From assembly GCA_009914755.4 (NCBI GenBank), contig CP068257.2, forward strand, positions 30,816,001-30,880,000: DNA of 64,000 nt, read 5' to 3'. Of the stretch, positions 50,280 through 62,349 are shown piece after piece (within the stretch, counting starts at the first letter, position 1; each line of letters starts with the position of its first letter). Source of the stretch: the human T2T-CHM13v2.0 reference genome, Homo sapiens. The translations under genes and the position numbers were made by a program. The notes beneath the pieces were generated by a model that saw nothing but the letters and a program-made list of their open reading frames with translations, searched no databases and was not told the DNA's origin.

Positions 50280-50720
50280 CTTTTTTGAGATATAATCCAC
50301 AGAGCATACAATTCACCTGTTACAGCATACAAATCAGTGGTTTTTAGTATATGCACAGAATTGTGCTACCATCACCACAATCAGTTTAAGAACATTCGCA
50401 TCCCCCCAAAAGAAACCCTGTATCCCTTAGCAGTCAGCCCACCAAATCCACCCATTCATTACACCTGCCCCATCCCCAGGCAACCACCCATCTACTTTCT
50501 GTCTTTATGGATTTGCCTCTTCTAGACATTTCCTAGAAATGGAATCATACAATGTGTGGTGCTTTGTGTCTGGCTTCCTTACTTAGCATCTGTTTTCAAG
50601 GTTCGTACATGTTGTAGCATGTCTCAGTACTTTATTTCTTTTTGTGGCATCATAATATTCCATTGCATCCTTAGAATTTTATATCCTGAACTAAAAATGT
50701 TGTTCTCTGCAATATCAATG
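50280..50720 (-). mobile_element. L1 3' end (older family), antisense
   Basis: gtgctaccatcaccacaatc ... ccccaggcaaccacccatctactttctgtctttatggatttgcctcttctagacatttcctagaaatggaatcatacaatgtgtggtgctttgtgtctggcttccttacttagcatctgttttcaaggttcgtacatgttgtagcatgtctcagtac. Confidence 0.75.
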
Positions 50721-50854
50721 CTGCAATAGATATGATGAAGTGACTACATAAATGTATTACCAAAATAATGGCACCCACTCTTACATCACAGGAGGGATGG
50801 CTTTACCTGCTCTGTCTTTATTCCTGCTGTCATGTCTAAGCAACTCTAAGTAGC

Positions 50855-51615
50855 ATGGGGCCCATTTTGGCTGAGGTTCCCCCAGAGGCCAAAAAGGTCA
50901 CTTTGAGTACATCCTTGGATAGCTCCTCTGGTAGAATGGAGGACGGTAGACTGGACACGGGTCACACTGAGGTTCCAGTAACTTCAGGCCTCTTCATCAG
51001 AGTGTTGAATAAGAAGCAGAACTTTAGCCTCCAAATAAGGTGTAGTTTTGGCCGGGGACCGGGAAAGCTGAGACACTGCTGGGCTGGGGCCGCCATAGCC
51101 CTGGGAACGGAGTATATTCTAGTGAAAGGAGACCAGGTGACTGGCATAGTGACAGCTAAATCTGGAGATATATTCAGAGTTGATGTTGGAGGGAGTGAGC
51201 CAGTTTCTTTGTCTTACTTGGCATTTGAAGGTGCAACTAAAAGAAACAGACCAAATGTGCAGGTTGGAGATCTCATCTATGGCCAATTTGTGGTTGCTAA
51301 TAAAGACATGGAACCAGAGATGGTCTGTATTGACAGCTATGGATGAGCCAATGGAAGGAATGTCATTGGACAGGATGGTCTGCTTTTTAAAGTGACTGGG
51401 CTTCATTAGAAAGCTGTTAGCTCCAGATCATGAAATCAAACAGGAAGTGGGAAAACTCTATCCACTGAAGATAGTATTTGGAATGAATGGAAGAGTATGG
51501 GTTAAGGGAAAAACCGTCCAGCAGACTTTAATTTTGGCAAATGTTTTAGAAGCTTGTGAACACATGACATTAGATCAAAGAAAACAAATCTCCAGATTGG
51601 CAGAAAGTTGATATA
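50855..51615 (+). pseudogene. EXOSC3P1: Processed (intronless) pseudogene of EXOSC3 / RRP40 (exosome component 3); probably EXOSC3P1. A 163-codon ORF is still open at 50855-51346; the downstream KH-domain part carries several stops and frameshifts
   Basis: The translation [122 protein letters not shown] lines up with human EXOSC3 (S1 and KH domains) as I remember it, over about 250 aa with no introns. The 3' UTR-like sequence continues to about 51890. Confidence 0.75.
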
Positions 51616-51952
51616 GGTGGACTTTTTTAATGGGTCCGTTGAGCCAAGAAACCATGGGTTTCCTGGGGAAAACTTTTTTCAGGTGAACTTCTCCCCATTT
51701 AGTTATTCAGAAGACAAGGTATGAAGGTACATATTATCTTATTGGAGTCCTAATTAAAATATTTTTATAAGTAAATTACTGATTTTCACCCATGCTCTTG
51801 TGGGAGAGAAAATCATTACAGAATCATGATGTATTTTTTTATTCTGTACAATAACATTTACTAAAACATTTTTTTTAAAGGTGCAGTTTCTAGTGTGCTT
51901 TCAAGGATGAGGCAAGAACAGTTCCTACAGCTGAGGCTCTTCTTAGCTAATT

Positions 51953-52316
51953 GTATTAGTCCATTTTCACACTGCTGATAAAGACATACCCGAGACTAGG
52001 CAATTTACAAAAAAGGGGGTTTAATTGGACTTACAGTTCCACATGGCTAGGAGGTCTCACAGTCATGGCGGAAGGCAAGGAGGAACAAGTCCCATCTTAT
52101 GCGGATGGCGGCAGGCAAAAAGAGAGTTGTGCAGAGAAATTCTCATTTTTTAAACCATCAGATCTCGTGAGTCCCTTTCACTATCAAGACAACAGCCCGG
52201 GAAAGACCCGCCCCTAAGATTCAATCATCTCCCACAGGGTCCTCCCACCAGGTCCCTCCCACAACACGTGGGAATTATGAGATTTGGGTGGGGACACAGA
52301 GCCAAACCACATCACT
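51953..52316 (+). mobile_element. MaLR LTR, THE1/MST-like
   Basis: gtattagtccattttcacactgctgataaagacatacccgagactaggcaatttacaaaaaag ... gatttgggtggggacacagagccaaaccacatca. Confidence 0.7.
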
Positions 52317-52462
52317 AATGCTGAGATGAAGGTGAGCTTTCAGGGCCTGGGGGTCACATGTCCCAGTTCAAGCTTTTCTTCCTTCTGTCACTCATTCAGC
52401 ACATTGCTCTTTGTGTCAGGAGCTGTGCTGGGTGCCAGGGATTTTGTAATAAACAAAGAGAC

Positions 52463-52758
52463 ACGGCCAGGTGCGGTGGCTCACGCCTGTAATCCCAGCA
52501 CTTTGGGAGGCCGAGGCGGGCGCATCATCTGAGGTCAAGAGTTCGAGACCAGCCTGGAAAACATGGTGAAACCCCATCTCTACTAAAAATACAAAATTAT
52601 CTGGGCATGATGGCGCATGCCTGTAATCCCAGCTACTTGGGAGGCTGTGACAAGGAGAATCACTTGAACCTGGGAGGCGGAGTTGGCAGTGAGCTGAGAT
52701 CTCGTCACTGCTTGGGTGACAAGGGTGAAACTCTGTCTCAAAAAAAAAAAAAAAAAAG
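52463..52758 (+). mobile_element. Alu SINE with TSD aagagaca[c/t]gg
   Basis: Sense Alu with poly-A; flank repeats. Confidence 0.9.
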
Positions 52759-54492
52759 AGACATGGTCCTGTTTTCATGGGGTGAGCAGTTGAGGGAGAA
52801 AGGCAAGCATTAACCAAATAGCCAGACACATCATCATGACCTGTTGTGACAAATGCTATTTTAGAAAAGGGCAGAAGACTGTAACAGTGGAGGGGGCCTA
52901 ATTTAGCTTGGGGGTGGTGGTTTAATTCTTCCAAAGAGAACCATACTGTAGGGTGAACACTAGGGTATGCACACTAGCTGCACACTAGCTGCACACTAGG
53001 GGCCGAGACGCTGAGGTTGCTGAGTGGGAGAGGAAAGGTGTTGATGAGGAGGAAGATGGCCCTGGTTTAAACTGCTGAGAACAGGGTCCTGCACACAGTA
53101 GGAGCTCCATGAAGAGTGGTCCCTAGTGTTTTCACCAACATATCTGAAGTGGAGCAGGACGGTGATCAATCACACCCCAGTCCCCGACCTCATTCGGAAC
53201 TAGTTTGAATCAAGGAGATGCAAAAATCTGACAAGTGTGTTGACAACGGTGATTTTAAAGGTCCTAAAAGATTCTCCAGATATCAGAGCCATTTTCACAT
53301 AGTAGAAGGGCACATTCCCTGCAGTGGCCTGTGTCATACACAGCCAATTTAACCTTTTCACTGCCTGGTTATTCTGCAAAGTGCATCCTAGAATGCCCTT
53401 CCCCTCTGAGCTCCTCTACAAAATTCTGATTCTTTCTCAAACTGTAAAGCCTCTGGCATTTGCCAAGAGCCAAGGCCCTCCTGAAGCCATAGTTTGAGAA
53501 CAAGCCAAGAGGCAGACATGAGAAAGAAGTACCACTCCTGGCAGGGAGAGCTGACACTTCCTAGGATTCTGCATCCTTCTCAGGGCCCAGAAATGAATGC
53601 GAGGTAATTAAAGCAGAAAGCAATTTGCAGCAGCTGAGCTCAGCTCTCCGGAGCTGCCAGGGTCCCAGGATCAGTGGTGTGCCCCAAGGACAGCCAAGGG
53701 ACATTCCTCAAGGCCCTGGAAATCATCAGCCACATCCAGCAACTTCACCGGGCTTCCCTGGAAAGTCTCCCTTGCTGCTGATGGGCATGAAGGCGCCAGG
53801 GCCTCCTGTACGTGGAAAACTCACAATCTAGGAATGTCCGGTGGTTGTTGATCCTGGGACATCCCCAGAAGAATTTAGTTAAGCCCTCTGAGAGAGGAAA
53901 CAAGGTTTTCTTGCTGCTGAAGATGCCTCACTTGTTCTTTTATAAAAAAGCAGTGCAATTGAATTTGCAGTTTGTTTTGGCTTTCTTTCCATTTCCTGTT
54001 GCTACTTCTCTGAGATCTCAGCTGGGCTGAGGAACAAACAAAAATAAGCAATTTTATGCAGCAGGAATATTCGGTTTCCACTCCCTTCTCCCAGCCTGCG
54101 GCAGTGTGCTTGGCCTGCAGAATTCTTGCTCTGCCCTCTGTTTCAGCGGGTGCTGTCATCTGCCGGCTGCTTTGCCTGGGGATTCTGACATCCCAGGGCT
54201 TATTCTTAGGGTCAGTTCAGCAGAGTCTGAAACCACCTTCAGAGGAGTCGGTCACGCTGCCATCCTCTCTGCATCTTTCTGTAGTCCTTTCTGATAATAT
54301 TTAGCAAATCACTTTAGCACAGGGTCTTCGAATTCTTTCCAGATTTACGATGGAAACACAGAGGCAAAGAGCTTGGGGTAGAAAGCAGAAGAGTAGGTGC
54401 TGGGAGAGTTTGATGGTGGGTTTTGAGTTGGTCACAGTCATTTTGCTTTACTAAGTCCAGGGAAGCTCATCTTCAGAGTTAACCACCCTATT

Positions 54493-54752
54493 TTTTTTTT
54501 TTTTTTTTTTTTTTTTGAGATAGAGTCTTTCTCTGTCACCCAGGCTGGAGTGCAGTGGCACAATCTCAGCTCACTGCAACCTCTGCCTCCTGGGTTCAAG
54601 TGAGCACATCCGGCTAATTTTTGTATCTTTTAGTAGAGATGGGGTTTCGCCATGTTGGCCAGCCTGATCTTGAACTCCTGACCTCAAGTGATCCACCTGC
54701 CTCAGCCTCCCAAAGTGCTAGAATTACAGGCATGAGCCATCATGCCCAGCCC
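54493..54752 (-). mobile_element. Alu SINE with an internal deletion of about 40 bp and a 17-19 bp TSD cagagttaaccac[c/t]ctatt
   Basis: Antisense Alu with long poly-T; near-identical direct repeats on both flanks. Confidence 0.9.
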
Positions 54753-54784
54753 AGAGTTAACCACTCTATTGAGGTGTTATTTTC

Positions 54785-55560
54785 CTTAAAATTCTATTAC
54801 ATGTGAATACAATGCAATGATTTTTAGTAAATTTAGAGTTGTGCAACCATCACTACCCTCCAGTTTTAAAACATTTTCACAATGCCCCGAAGCTCCCTTG
54901 TGCCCATTTGCCGTCACTGCCCCATTCCCACCCCCCCGGTCCCAGATAACCACGCATCAACTTTCTGTCTCTAGATTTGCCTTTTCTGAATATTTTGTAC
55001 AAATGGAATTATGCAATGGATGGTTTTGTGTGTGTGTGTGCGTGGTTGGCTTCTTTAACTGAATGTGATGTTTCAGAGGTTCATCCATGTTGTAGCATGT
55101 ATCATATCGGTACTTCACTTTTTTTTTTTGGAGATGAAGTCTCACTCTTTCACTCAGGCTGGAATGCAGTGGTGCGCTCTTCGCTCACTGCAACCTCTGC
55201 CTCCCGTGTTCAAGCAAATTCTCCCTGCTTTAGCCTCCCAAGTAGCTGGGATTACAGCTGTGTGCCACCATGCCCAGCTAACTTTGTATTTTCAGTACAG
55301 ACGGGGTTTCATCATGTTGGCCAGGCTGGTCTCGAACTCCTGACCTCAAGTAATCTGTCCACCTCGACCTCCCGAAGTGCTAGGATTACAGGTGTAAGCC
55401 ACCATGCTGGGCCTTCATTCCGTTTTATTATGAGGTGTATTCTGCTAGATGGATATATCATATCTTGTTTTTATTCTCCATTTTTTTTAATATTGCAAAA
55501 TGGGCCTAAAACCACCTCTCTGGAGCATTTGATGATCACATGGATACCATTGGGTTTGTG
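54785..55560 (-). mobile_element. L1 3' end (older family), antisense, interrupted by the Alu at 55117-55413
   Basis: gttgtgcaaccatcactaccctcc ... ctttctgtctctagatttgccttttctgaatattttgtacaaatggaattatgcaatgg ... ggttcatccatgttgtagcatgtatcatatcggtacttcact [Alu] ttcattccgttttattatgaggtgtattctgctagatggatatatcatat. Confidence 0.75.
55117..55413 (-). mobile_element. Alu SINE inserted into L1
   Basis: Antisense Alu consensus between the two L1 halves. Confidence 0.9.
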
Positions 55561-55716
55561 TGTATATGTGTGTATTTAACAGGAAGAGTGAGTGATTCTT
55601 GCACTGATTTGGAAAGTGATTTTAAAATCTTATCTACATTGCATTTAAAAATGTATTAAGAGTCCACATTTTAAAAATATACCACGAATTTAAAATATTT
55701 CTTTTTTGGCTTTTAG

Positions 55717-55797
55717 TTCCCAAGAACATACTCACAGCGATTGATCCAGCCATTGCTAATCTAAAACCTTCTTTGAAGCAGAAAGATGGTGAATATG
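55717..55797 (+). CDS. EVA1C: Coding exon (V)PKNILTAIDPAIANLKPSLKQKDGEY(G). Presumed EVA1C exon 6
   Basis: Acceptor ttttag| at 55711-55716 and donor gaatatg|gtaat at 55798. The frame continues from 49470 and into 58216. Confidence 0.7.
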
Positions 55798-56214
55798 GTA
55801 ATTTTTATGGCTTACTACCAGCATTTCTCTTTAAGTAAAGGTAAACAGCCCCTGGGTGACCACAGTTGGGCACACCTTGGTTAGAATGGAAGGGGCTGTC
55901 AGGAGGTGTGTTTGAGGTACCGGTCCTGGTGATAATAGCGCTTATTATCGGCCAATAGTTGCAAATGGTGAACACCATTTTATTTTGTTTTGACTTTTTT
56001 AAAATCAGAAGTAGGATAAACCTCCCCTTCATTCTCCTCTCACTTCCTAAAAGGAAAATCACTTTGAAAAGACATCTGCTCAGAAGTAAATTTGGGCTTC
56101 CTGGGTTACACAATGAGCTTTTTGCAAAGCTGAGCCCATTGGAACCTGCGTAGGCGCCAGGGCCAACTAGGACCTGAGGGCCTCTGTACCTCTGTACACA
56201 CCACCTTCCTCTTT

Positions 56215-56288
56215 AGTTTCCTTCCTCCCTTCCTTCCTTCCTCCCTCCCTTCCTTCCTCTCTCCCTCCCTCTCTCTCTCTCGCTCTTT

Positions 56289-56345
<57 letters not shown>

Positions 56346-56407
56346 TTTCTTTCTTTCTTCTGTCTTTCTTTCTCTCTTTCTTTCTTTCCTTACTTTTTCT
56401 TCTTTTT
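56215..56407 (+). repeat. Homopyrimidine (CTTC/CCTC/TTTC/CT)n tract of about 190 bp; expanded tail of the antisense Alu at 56408
   Basis: Uninterrupted C/T-only run (cttcctccctccc ... ctctctctctc ... tttctttctttc x many). Confidence 0.9.
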
Positions 56408-56688
56408 CTTTGGAGTTTCGCTCTTGTCGCCCAGGCTGGAGTGCAATGGCGCAATCTCCACTCACTGCAACCTCTGCCTCCGGGTTCAAGCGATTCTCCT
56501 GCCTCAGCCTCCCAAGTAGCAGGGATTACAGGCGTCCACCACCACACCTGGCTAATTTTTGTGTTTTTAGTAGAGACGGGGTTTCACCATGTTAGTCAGG
56601 CTGGTCTTGAACTCCTGACCTCAGGTGTTCTCCTCGTCTCGGCCTCCCAAAGTGCTGGGATTACAGGTGTGAACCACCGCACCCGGCC
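56408..56688 (-). mobile_element. Alu SINE with TSD ctc[c/t]ttagttt
   Basis: Antisense Alu; the flank repeat spans Alu plus pyrimidine tract (cctctttagtttcc ... cctccttagttttc). Confidence 0.9.
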
Positions 56689-57094
56689 CCTCCTTAGTTT
56701 TCACTTGGCTTTTGTAAATGGGGTGGAGGGGTAGGGAGTTGAGGGGGTTGAGCATTTGGATTTTCTTATCAAATCTAGAATGGAATTCAAACCCATGGGG
56801 TCCCTAATAGAAACTGCAGAGACCCCGTAGAGCATCTAAGATGTTAGGCTGTGGTGAGAGTTTTGTCTTGTGTTACCTTTATTATATGTATTAGGTCTTT
56901 CCCCCCTAAGTATAAAAGTAAAGTATGTTTGATATGAAAACCATATGAAAGCACCCCTACTCCAAAAGCTCAAAGAAAACTATTGGTAATGTTCTTCTGT
57001 GTCCTTCTAGCTGGCCACCTTGGCTTTCTGGCAGGCTCTGTGTTCCTTAGCTCCTCTTCTCTTTCTTTTAACTAATTAATTAACTATTATTATT

Positions 57095-57228
57095 ATGTTT
57101 GTAAAGACAGGGCTTTGCCATGTTGCCCTGGCTGGTCTCAAACTCCTGGGCTCAAGCGATCCACCCACCTCATCCTCCCAAGGTGCTGGGATTACAGGCG
57201 TAAGACACCGCACCCAGCTTCCACTTAT
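57095..57228 (-). mobile_element. Alu monomer fragment, antisense
   Basis: gacagggctttgccatgttgccctggctggtctcaaactcctgggctcaagcgatccacccacctcatcctcccaaggtgctgggattacaggcgtaagacaccgcacccagc. Confidence 0.75.
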
Positions 57229-57555
57229 TTTTCTAACAGGGTTCCCACCCGATCCATAAACAGCCTGGTCCCCCTGCAGTGGGGGCCTGAGAGCCAACCC
57301 TGTGCCGTCTCTCCTCAAAGGCATCTGTCCTGTCTGACATGGCTAGGAGTCCCCCAAGCCATCAGGTTACCCCATCACAGACTTGCTAAGCTCCATCCAG
57401 CAGTGTAACCAGGATTTAAAAGCAGATTTGCCCCACATTTTGCTGTTGTTTCCAAAAAAAGTAGCCCAATACAACCTCCCTCTGTAATGGAGGCTTGTTT
57501 TATCTCTGGCCACACAGCAGACATCAAATCCATGCTTAAAGTGAAATATTATTGG

Positions 57556-57870
57556 CCGGGAGCAGTGGCTCACGCCTGTTATCCCAACACTTTGGGAGGC
57601 CGAGGCGGGCAGATCACCTGAGGTAAGGAGTTCGAGACCAACCTGGCCAACATGGTGAAGCCCCATCTCTAATAAAAATACAAAAATTTGCTGGGCATGG
57701 TGGCACGTGCCTGTAATCCCAGCTACTCAGGAGGCTGAGGCAGGAGAATTGCTTGAAACCAGGAGGTAGATGGTTGCAGTGAGCCAAGATTGTGCCATTG
57801 CACTCCAGCCTGGGCAACAAGAGTGAAACTCCATCTCAAAAATAAATAAATAAATAAAATAAAGCGAGAT
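57556..57870 (+). mobile_element. Alu SINE with (AAAT)n tail and TSD ga[a/g]atattatt
   Basis: Sense Alu; tail aaaataaataaataaataaaataaag. Confidence 0.9.
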
Positions 57871-58215
57871 ATTATTAAGCCTCTGAGGGGTGTGATGAAT
57901 GTCACTGTCTTTAGGATGGGAAAATCCACTTATTCCCTTCCACAGTGGAGTGGAAGACCAGCACCTGAAGTTGGAACCAACACTTAAAACAATTTCTAAT
58001 CCTTTTTGTACTTTAATATTGTCGGGGACTGCTTACTATTTAATAAGTGCTCTTCCTGGGTTAATCTTCTGTAATTTAGCCAGAGGCCCATTTGTTTGAT
58101 TTCTGTGACTTTTAATTATTCCGGCGGTCCCTGGGGTAGGAGCAGCAGGGGTGTCTTAGAATAGGCGTACTATGAACAGCTGTGATTAATTGGTCTTGCA
58201 TTTTTCATGAAACAG

Positions 58216-58305
58216 GTATAAACTTCGACCCAAGCGGATCGAAGGTTCTGAGGAAAGATGGAATTCTTGTTAGCAACTCTCTGGCAGCCTTTGCTTACAT
58301 TAGAG
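58216..58305 (+). CDS. EVA1C: Coding exon (G)INFDPSGSKVLRKDGILVSNSLAAFAYIR. Presumed EVA1C exon 7. The terminal exon is not in the window
   Basis: Acceptor aaacag| at 58212-58215 and donor tagag|gtaggt at 58306. The frame continues from 55797 (g+gt=G). Confidence 0.7.
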
Positions 58306-59102
58306 GTAGGTCAATGAATCAAAGCTTCCTAGAATGCTGATGGATTTACTAAAGTCTTGTTAATAAATGTGCTGTTCAATTATAGCACTCAGATAACTAA
58401 AGGACGATGACTTCAAGTTTAACATGCCAACCACCACTTCTAAGATTCAGAAACACAGAGGCCTGAGTTCAGGCACAGTTGTAACCAGGCAGTCAGCAAG
58501 AGAACCACATAAACAGACAAAGTCACACTATTTAGGAGTTGAGCTCCACAGATATTTTTCGCTTTTGAAAAGTAGAAACCCGAGGAATGCATTTCCCAGC
58601 TCTAAAATTCGGGAAGGAACTAGGATTATTGAATTCCAGCCCTGACTGGAAGAAAAATGAGCCAGAAGGTCACTTAGTAAACAAGACAGATCATGCCCCA
58701 TGAAGACAGAGCCACTTTCTGGGTCATGAGTGTTATTCCTAATAGTTGTCAAGGATTCCCTTGTTAGTCTTCCCCATGAGGATCAATCAGACTCAGCCCT
58801 CATGAATTAGCAGAGCCAGAAGGCTTATACCAAGGCCGGCCACACCGCGGGGACCTCTTCATTGAGGGGAAGGTATGTACAATTTTTCCTCACCACCCTC
58901 TCTGCTTATCTTAAGATAGAACACATTTTGGAATGCCATCTGCAAGTTTCAGCAATGCCTGCCTATGTTCAGAGAGACAAAAACCAGAGACCTTCAGTAA
59001 AATACATGTTAATATAATACATAACAGTATTGCTATTCAAGGCCTGCAAAGATGGGCTATTTGGGGTAAGCCTGTCTCAGAGGAAAATAGAGGCTTAGGG
59101 AA

Positions 59103-59465
59103 TGTATTTGTCTGTTCTCATGCTATTAATAAAGACATACCTGAGGCTGGGTAATTTATAAAGGAAAGAGGTTTAATGGACTCACAGTTCCACATGGTTA
59201 GGGAGGCCTAACAATCTCGGTGGAAGGTGAATGAGGAGCAAAGTCACGTCTTACTTGGTAGCAGGCAAGAGAGCTTGTGCAGGGGAACTCCCCTTTATAA
59301 AACCATCAGATCTCGTGAGACTTATTCACTATCACCAGAACAGCATGGGAAAGACCCACCCCATGATTCAATTACCTCCCACCATGTCCCTCCCATGACA
59401 CATGTGGATTATGGGGGCTATAATTCAAGATGAGATTTGGGTGGGGACACAGCCAAACCATATTG
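59103..59465 (+). mobile_element. MaLR LTR, THE1/MST-like
   Basis: tgtatttgtctgttctcatgctattaataaagacatacctgaggctgggtaatttataaagg ... gatttgggtggggacacagccaaaccatatt. Confidence 0.7.
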
Positions 59466-61640
59466 GGGAATGATCTCAATACATGAGATGCAAAGTTCAG
59501 TCTTGGGGTCCCCTGCTGTTCTATTGTCCTCCTGCATCAGGATTCCTCCTGTGTGTGTGTTGTGTGGTTGATGGTTTCTTCTGTGGGTCCTCTCTTTTCT
59601 AGCCACCTTCTCATTTTCATGTCTTGCTGTTCCTGATCATTGTCAATGTTAAGAACTGTAAGGATTTTTATTGTCAGAAATATCCCCATATTTACAAAGT
59701 CCTTGGGGAGCTTCTTGGAGAAAAGCCATCATGAAAATCCTCCAGACAGAGAATAACGATTGAAGGGGAACGAGACCGACATTGCGCTCAGTGAGCTGTG
59801 GCCTTGCTGTGTGCTTTACCCCAACTACCTTGTCCGTTCCTCTCAACAACTGCCTTAGCCAGCCCAGCTGCCATAACAAAGTACCCGAGACCAGATGGCC
59901 TAAATAACAGACATTGATTTTCTCACCGTTCTGGAGGCCAGAATTTCATGATCAAAGTATCCACCAATCACTTTCCGGTAAGGGCTCTCTTCCTGGGTTG
60001 TGGACAGCAACCTTCTTGCTTGTCCTCACATGGCAGAGAGGGGGAGAGACAGAGACAGAGACATCTCTTCTTTTTATAAAACCACCAATTCTATCAGATT
60101 AGGATTCCCCCCTTATGGCCTCCTTTAACCTTAATTAGCTCCTAATGAGTGAACTGGGGGCAACACAATTCAGTCCATAGCAACAACCCTGAGAGATGGG
60201 ACTCTGATCCCCTGTTCTGCACTTGAAGCCGGTGGTCAGAGGAGTTGAGCCATTTGCCTGAGGACACCATGGACAGCGGCAGGGCCAGGATTCAGGCTCA
60301 GCTAATACAAGGCTTGCACTCCAGCTACTCTGAATTTTGAGGGATGCAACCACCTCCCCACTCTGATCCTGAGTTGTCTAAATTAGCTTTCCTCCATCTC
60401 TTTCTATCCTTTTATGTGATTGTCACTCCCAGAAACCACAGGATAGAGATATTCGTTTAGTGACTATCTCTCCTGCTAGTGGCTCAGCTCCACAGGGTCA
60501 GGTGCCTTGTCATCTTATTTTGTGTGGTATCCCTGTATCTAGGATGCGGTGCTGGTACAGAACAGGTGCACAGTCAGTAGTTAAGGAACAACTGAATGAT
60601 GACTGCTGATATGGGCTTATGAGCTTTTTCCTGTGCTTTATTGTCATCCAATATTTGCTATTTATAAGATGTCCATTTTTTTAAAATGTAAGGACTTGAT
60701 GAGCTGTTATTTGATTTTATTGAGGGGTGTTTGGTGACATTTATCTTAGCAAACCATGACCACGCCTCCATATAATGTCCAAGAGAAAGAGTCTCTAAAT
60801 GCACTGTGTTGGATGTTAGCTAAATGAAATCACCACAAGAAGCTCGTGACTCAAATCACAGAGGCTCACAAAGCCCTAGTAGAACAGGTGCCTCTGGGCT
60901 TGCCTGTGGGTTTTCTTGGTGTGTCTATGTCGCTGTCTGGGTGGCCACTCTAGAGGTGGGAAGCATGCAGTGCATGCTCAGGGGTCTGCAGGCCAGTGTG
61001 CCACAGAGGTGCATATGGACATCAGGCTGGGTCATTTCGACCCAAACAGGCAGTGGCCACCAGCCAATGTCACACAGTGCTGAGCTCCATCCTCACTGCT
61101 GCTGGAGAGAGGTGCCCAGACAACTCTCAGTCGCATCCCCGGCCCCACTGTGGGGATGTGACCCACGGGATGAGCTGGGGTCTCTAGGCACCCCCAAAGC
61201 AGGAGCAGCTGGGAGCCAAGAGTGTGAGCAGGGCAGTTTCCAGCCCAAACCACCCAAATAGGCGGCAAATGGAGTGAATCCAAAAGTACATTTCCCAGGT
61301 CAGGCTGCAAGTAGCTTTGACACAGTAGTGCAGTCCAGTGTACATGGGGACAAGGAGAAGAGAAACCAAAATCGAGAGGTTTGTCCCCTGATATTAAAGC
61401 ACAGAGGTTGGCAGAAGGGACAGGAGGATGTCCAAGGGTCCCTGGTGAAGCATCTCCTGGGGTCATCTGAATGATCTGTGAGATGGTTTCCCCAACATTG
61501 AAAAAGCTTCTTAGGTATGTTTGAATTTACTGTCATTTCAATAATACAGACTTACTCCCCGAATTCATTCTAGAATCAAGATCATGACTCTAAGGAAGCT
61601 CATAGAAAAACATTGGAAATTAGAGAAATGGAAAAGGAGT

Positions 61641-62349
61641 GGTGTGTGTGTGTGCATGTGTGTGTGCATGTGTGCATGTGCGTCTGTGAGCATGTGCATG
61701 TGTATGTGTGCACGTGTGTGTGCATAGGTGTCTATGCGTGTGCGTGTGTGCATGTGTGCATGTGTGTATGCGTCTGTGTGCGTGTGTCTGTATCTGTGTG
61801 CATGTGTCTCTGTGTGTGCATGTGTGCGTCTGTATGTATGCATGTGTGTTTTTGTGTGTGCATGTGTATATGTGTGTGCATGTGTGTTTCTATGTGTACA
61901 TGTGTGTACATGCGTATCTGTGTGTGCATGGGTTTGCAGGTGTGCCTGTGTGTGCATGCATGTGTATCTGTGTGCATGTGTGCATGCGTATGTGCACGTA
62001 TGTGTGCATGTGTGTGCATACGTGTATCTGCATGTGCATATGTTTGCGTGTGTGTGCATGTATGTGTATCTCTGTGCATATGTGTATCTCTGTGTGCATG
62101 TATGTATGTGTGTTGCATGTGTGTGCATGTGTCTGTATGCTTGTGCGTGTGTGCCGTCATGTGTGTGCATGTGTATCTGTGCATGTGTGTATCTGTGTGT
62201 GCGTGTATGCCTGTATGTGTATCTGTGTGTGTGTTTGTGTGTGTGTATCTGTATGTGTGCCTGCATGTGTGTGTGTGGGTGCGTGTGTGTACGCATGCAT
62301 GTGTGTGCATGCATATGTGCGTGTGTATCTGTGTGTGTAAGTGTGTGTT
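61641..62349. repeat. About 700 bp TG/CA-rich compound imperfect repeat, (TGTGTGCA / CATGTG / TGTATC)n
   Basis: Continuous alternating purine-pyrimidine sequence made almost only of short tgtg, catg and cgtg words. The long ORFs called here on both strands are low-complexity artefacts. Confidence 0.95.
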
